Of a stretch of 64,000 nt of DNA, positions 62,986-64,000 are shown piece after piece. Origin of the DNA: Synechococcus sp. (GTDB lineage Bacteria > Cyanobacteriota > Cyanobacteriia > PCC-6307 > Cyanobiaceae); contig JBJBDL010000003.1 in assembly GCA_047285305.1 (NCBI GenBank), positions 96,001 through 160,000 on the forward strand, read 5' to 3'. Made by a program: the position numbers and the translations under genes. The notes under the pieces were generated by a model, which was not told where the DNA came from, ran no database searches, and saw only the letters and a program-made list of their open reading frames with translations. Positions within the stretch are counted from its first letter, which is position 1; the number at the start of each line of letters is the position of its first letter.

Positions 62986-64000
62986 ATGCTCATGGGCCGG
63001 AGCAGCATTGCCTTGGCGGCATACCGCCTTCTTTTTGCATTGAGCGGAACCCTGATCACAGGGTCTTTATCCGCGTTGGCTGCAGCGGCAGGTCCGGCTG
63101 AATCAACGCCAGAGACAGTTTCTCCAGTACCGACGAGCCTGAACGTTCGAGCTGACCGCCAATACACCGATACTCAGTCCAAGGCGTCGATAGCCGAGGG
63201 CAACGTTTCAGTTCAACTCGGGAACGCTGAACTGCACGCCGATCGCATCGAATTTGATGCGCTCTACCGCACGCTTTACGCCCGCGGCGCCGTCCGTTTC
63301 AGGCGTGGCAAGCAGTTTTTTCAAGCGTCGAGCTTCCGCTACAACCTCGTTCAACAAGAAGGACGGCTCAACGATGTCTACGGGGTGATCGACCTTGAGG
63401 AGGCCCTCGCCAATCCACTAGCCACGTCTCAAATAACATCATCGCCGCCTGAGTCAGCCACGCCATCAAGTCTCGAAGGCATGCCTCCCGTGGCCTGTCC
63501 ACCGCTGCTTCCTCCAGTTCCAGACTGGCATCCTCAGCCCTGGGCAGTGACGGCATGGGGCGGTCAGATGATCGATGCAGACTTCGGCCCCACCTTTCTC
63601 GGCGAAGGTCGCATGCGTCCGGAGGCCCTATTGGGAGTTGGATTGCAGAAGCGGATCATGCGAGCGGGCCCGCTGGCCATTGAACTTGAGGCTGACCTTT
63701 TCAGCCACATCGCCGATCAGCAACAAGGTGGTCACTACAACCAAAGCGAGCCCTATGCCGATCTCCCCTCTCAAAGCTTTGGCGAAGGGGTTCTGGGAAT
63801 CGGAGCGCGTGCCTGGGTGCAGCCTTGGCTGAGTTTCAGCGTCGTTGAGGGCATCAGTTTCTACACCGATGTCAGCCTCTATGAGAAAACTTTCCGCGAG
63901 GAAAGCAGTCAGCTTCTGAACTATCTCGGCTTCGAAGTGGAAGCCGCTGTATCTCCCGACTTGTCACTCGTTGGTCGGATTCACCACCGCTCAGGAGTTT
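62986..64000 (+). CDS. DUF3769/LptD (OstA)-like outer-membrane protein, 5' part; runs off the right edge
   Basis: Open frame from ATG 62986 to the window end; signal peptide, then the OstA-like ADRQY...AEGNV...LHADRIEFD...ARGAVRF...FRYNL. Confidence 0.78.
   Translation, partial: MLMGRSSIALAAYRLLFALSGTLITGSLSALAAAAGPAESTPETVSPVPTSLNVRADRQYTDTQSKASIAEGNVSVQLGNAELHADRIEFDALYRTLYARGAVRFRRGKQFFQASSFRYNLVQQEGRLNDVYGVIDLEEALANPLATSQITSSPPESATPSSLEGMPPVACPPLLPPVPDWHPQPWAVTAWGGQMIDADFGPTFLGEGRMRPEALLGVGLQKRIMRAGPLAIELEADLFSHIADQQQGGHYNQSEPYADLPSQSFGEGVLGIGARAWVQPWLSFSVVEGISFYTDVSLYEKTFREESSQLLNYLGFEVEAAVSPDLSLVGRIHHRSGV

Overview
Gene-dense, GC-rich core-genome segment of a marine picocyanobacterium, most likely Synechococcus subcluster 5.1. 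This assignment is inferred from the 359-aa D1 with its [15 protein letters not shown] tail and from the gene order. From left to right the window holds: partial ferredoxin-dependent glutamate synthase; the str operon (rpsL-rpsG-fusA-tuf-rpsJ); pheA; a radical SAM gene with rne and rnhB; dapL and clpS; a PSII high-light radical SAM gene divergent from psbA; aroC, eda, ftsH, sat, psbO and coaBC; tRNA-Ala(CGC), ycf20, a decayed NDH-2 pseudogene, pyrB and mpg; yhhQ, ndhP, gatC, crtR, tRNA-Leu(TAG), ycf66 and ileS; trmB, ictB, glmM and a lytic transglycosylase; thyX, dcd, a cobO-like gene, rph and ntcA with a canonical NtcA promoter; pth, tatA, psbH, psbN, a GH38 mannosidase, psbI and a partial LptD-like DUF3769 gene. 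I found no transposase, integrase, prophage, CRISPR array or defence island. Most notable: (1) psbA has six clustered substitutions in the QB/non-heme-iron region, including H272N, which is either a real atypical D1 or, more likely, an assembly error; (2) a CobO paralog lacking its P-loop is coupled to dcd behind two NrdR-box-like sites; (3) an RHH-like protein carries a histone-H1-like tail; (4) an uncharacterised radical SAM fusion sits upstream of rne-rnhB; (5) an NDH-2 pseudogene has a large internal deletion. All family assignments come from recognising motifs by eye, not from database searches.
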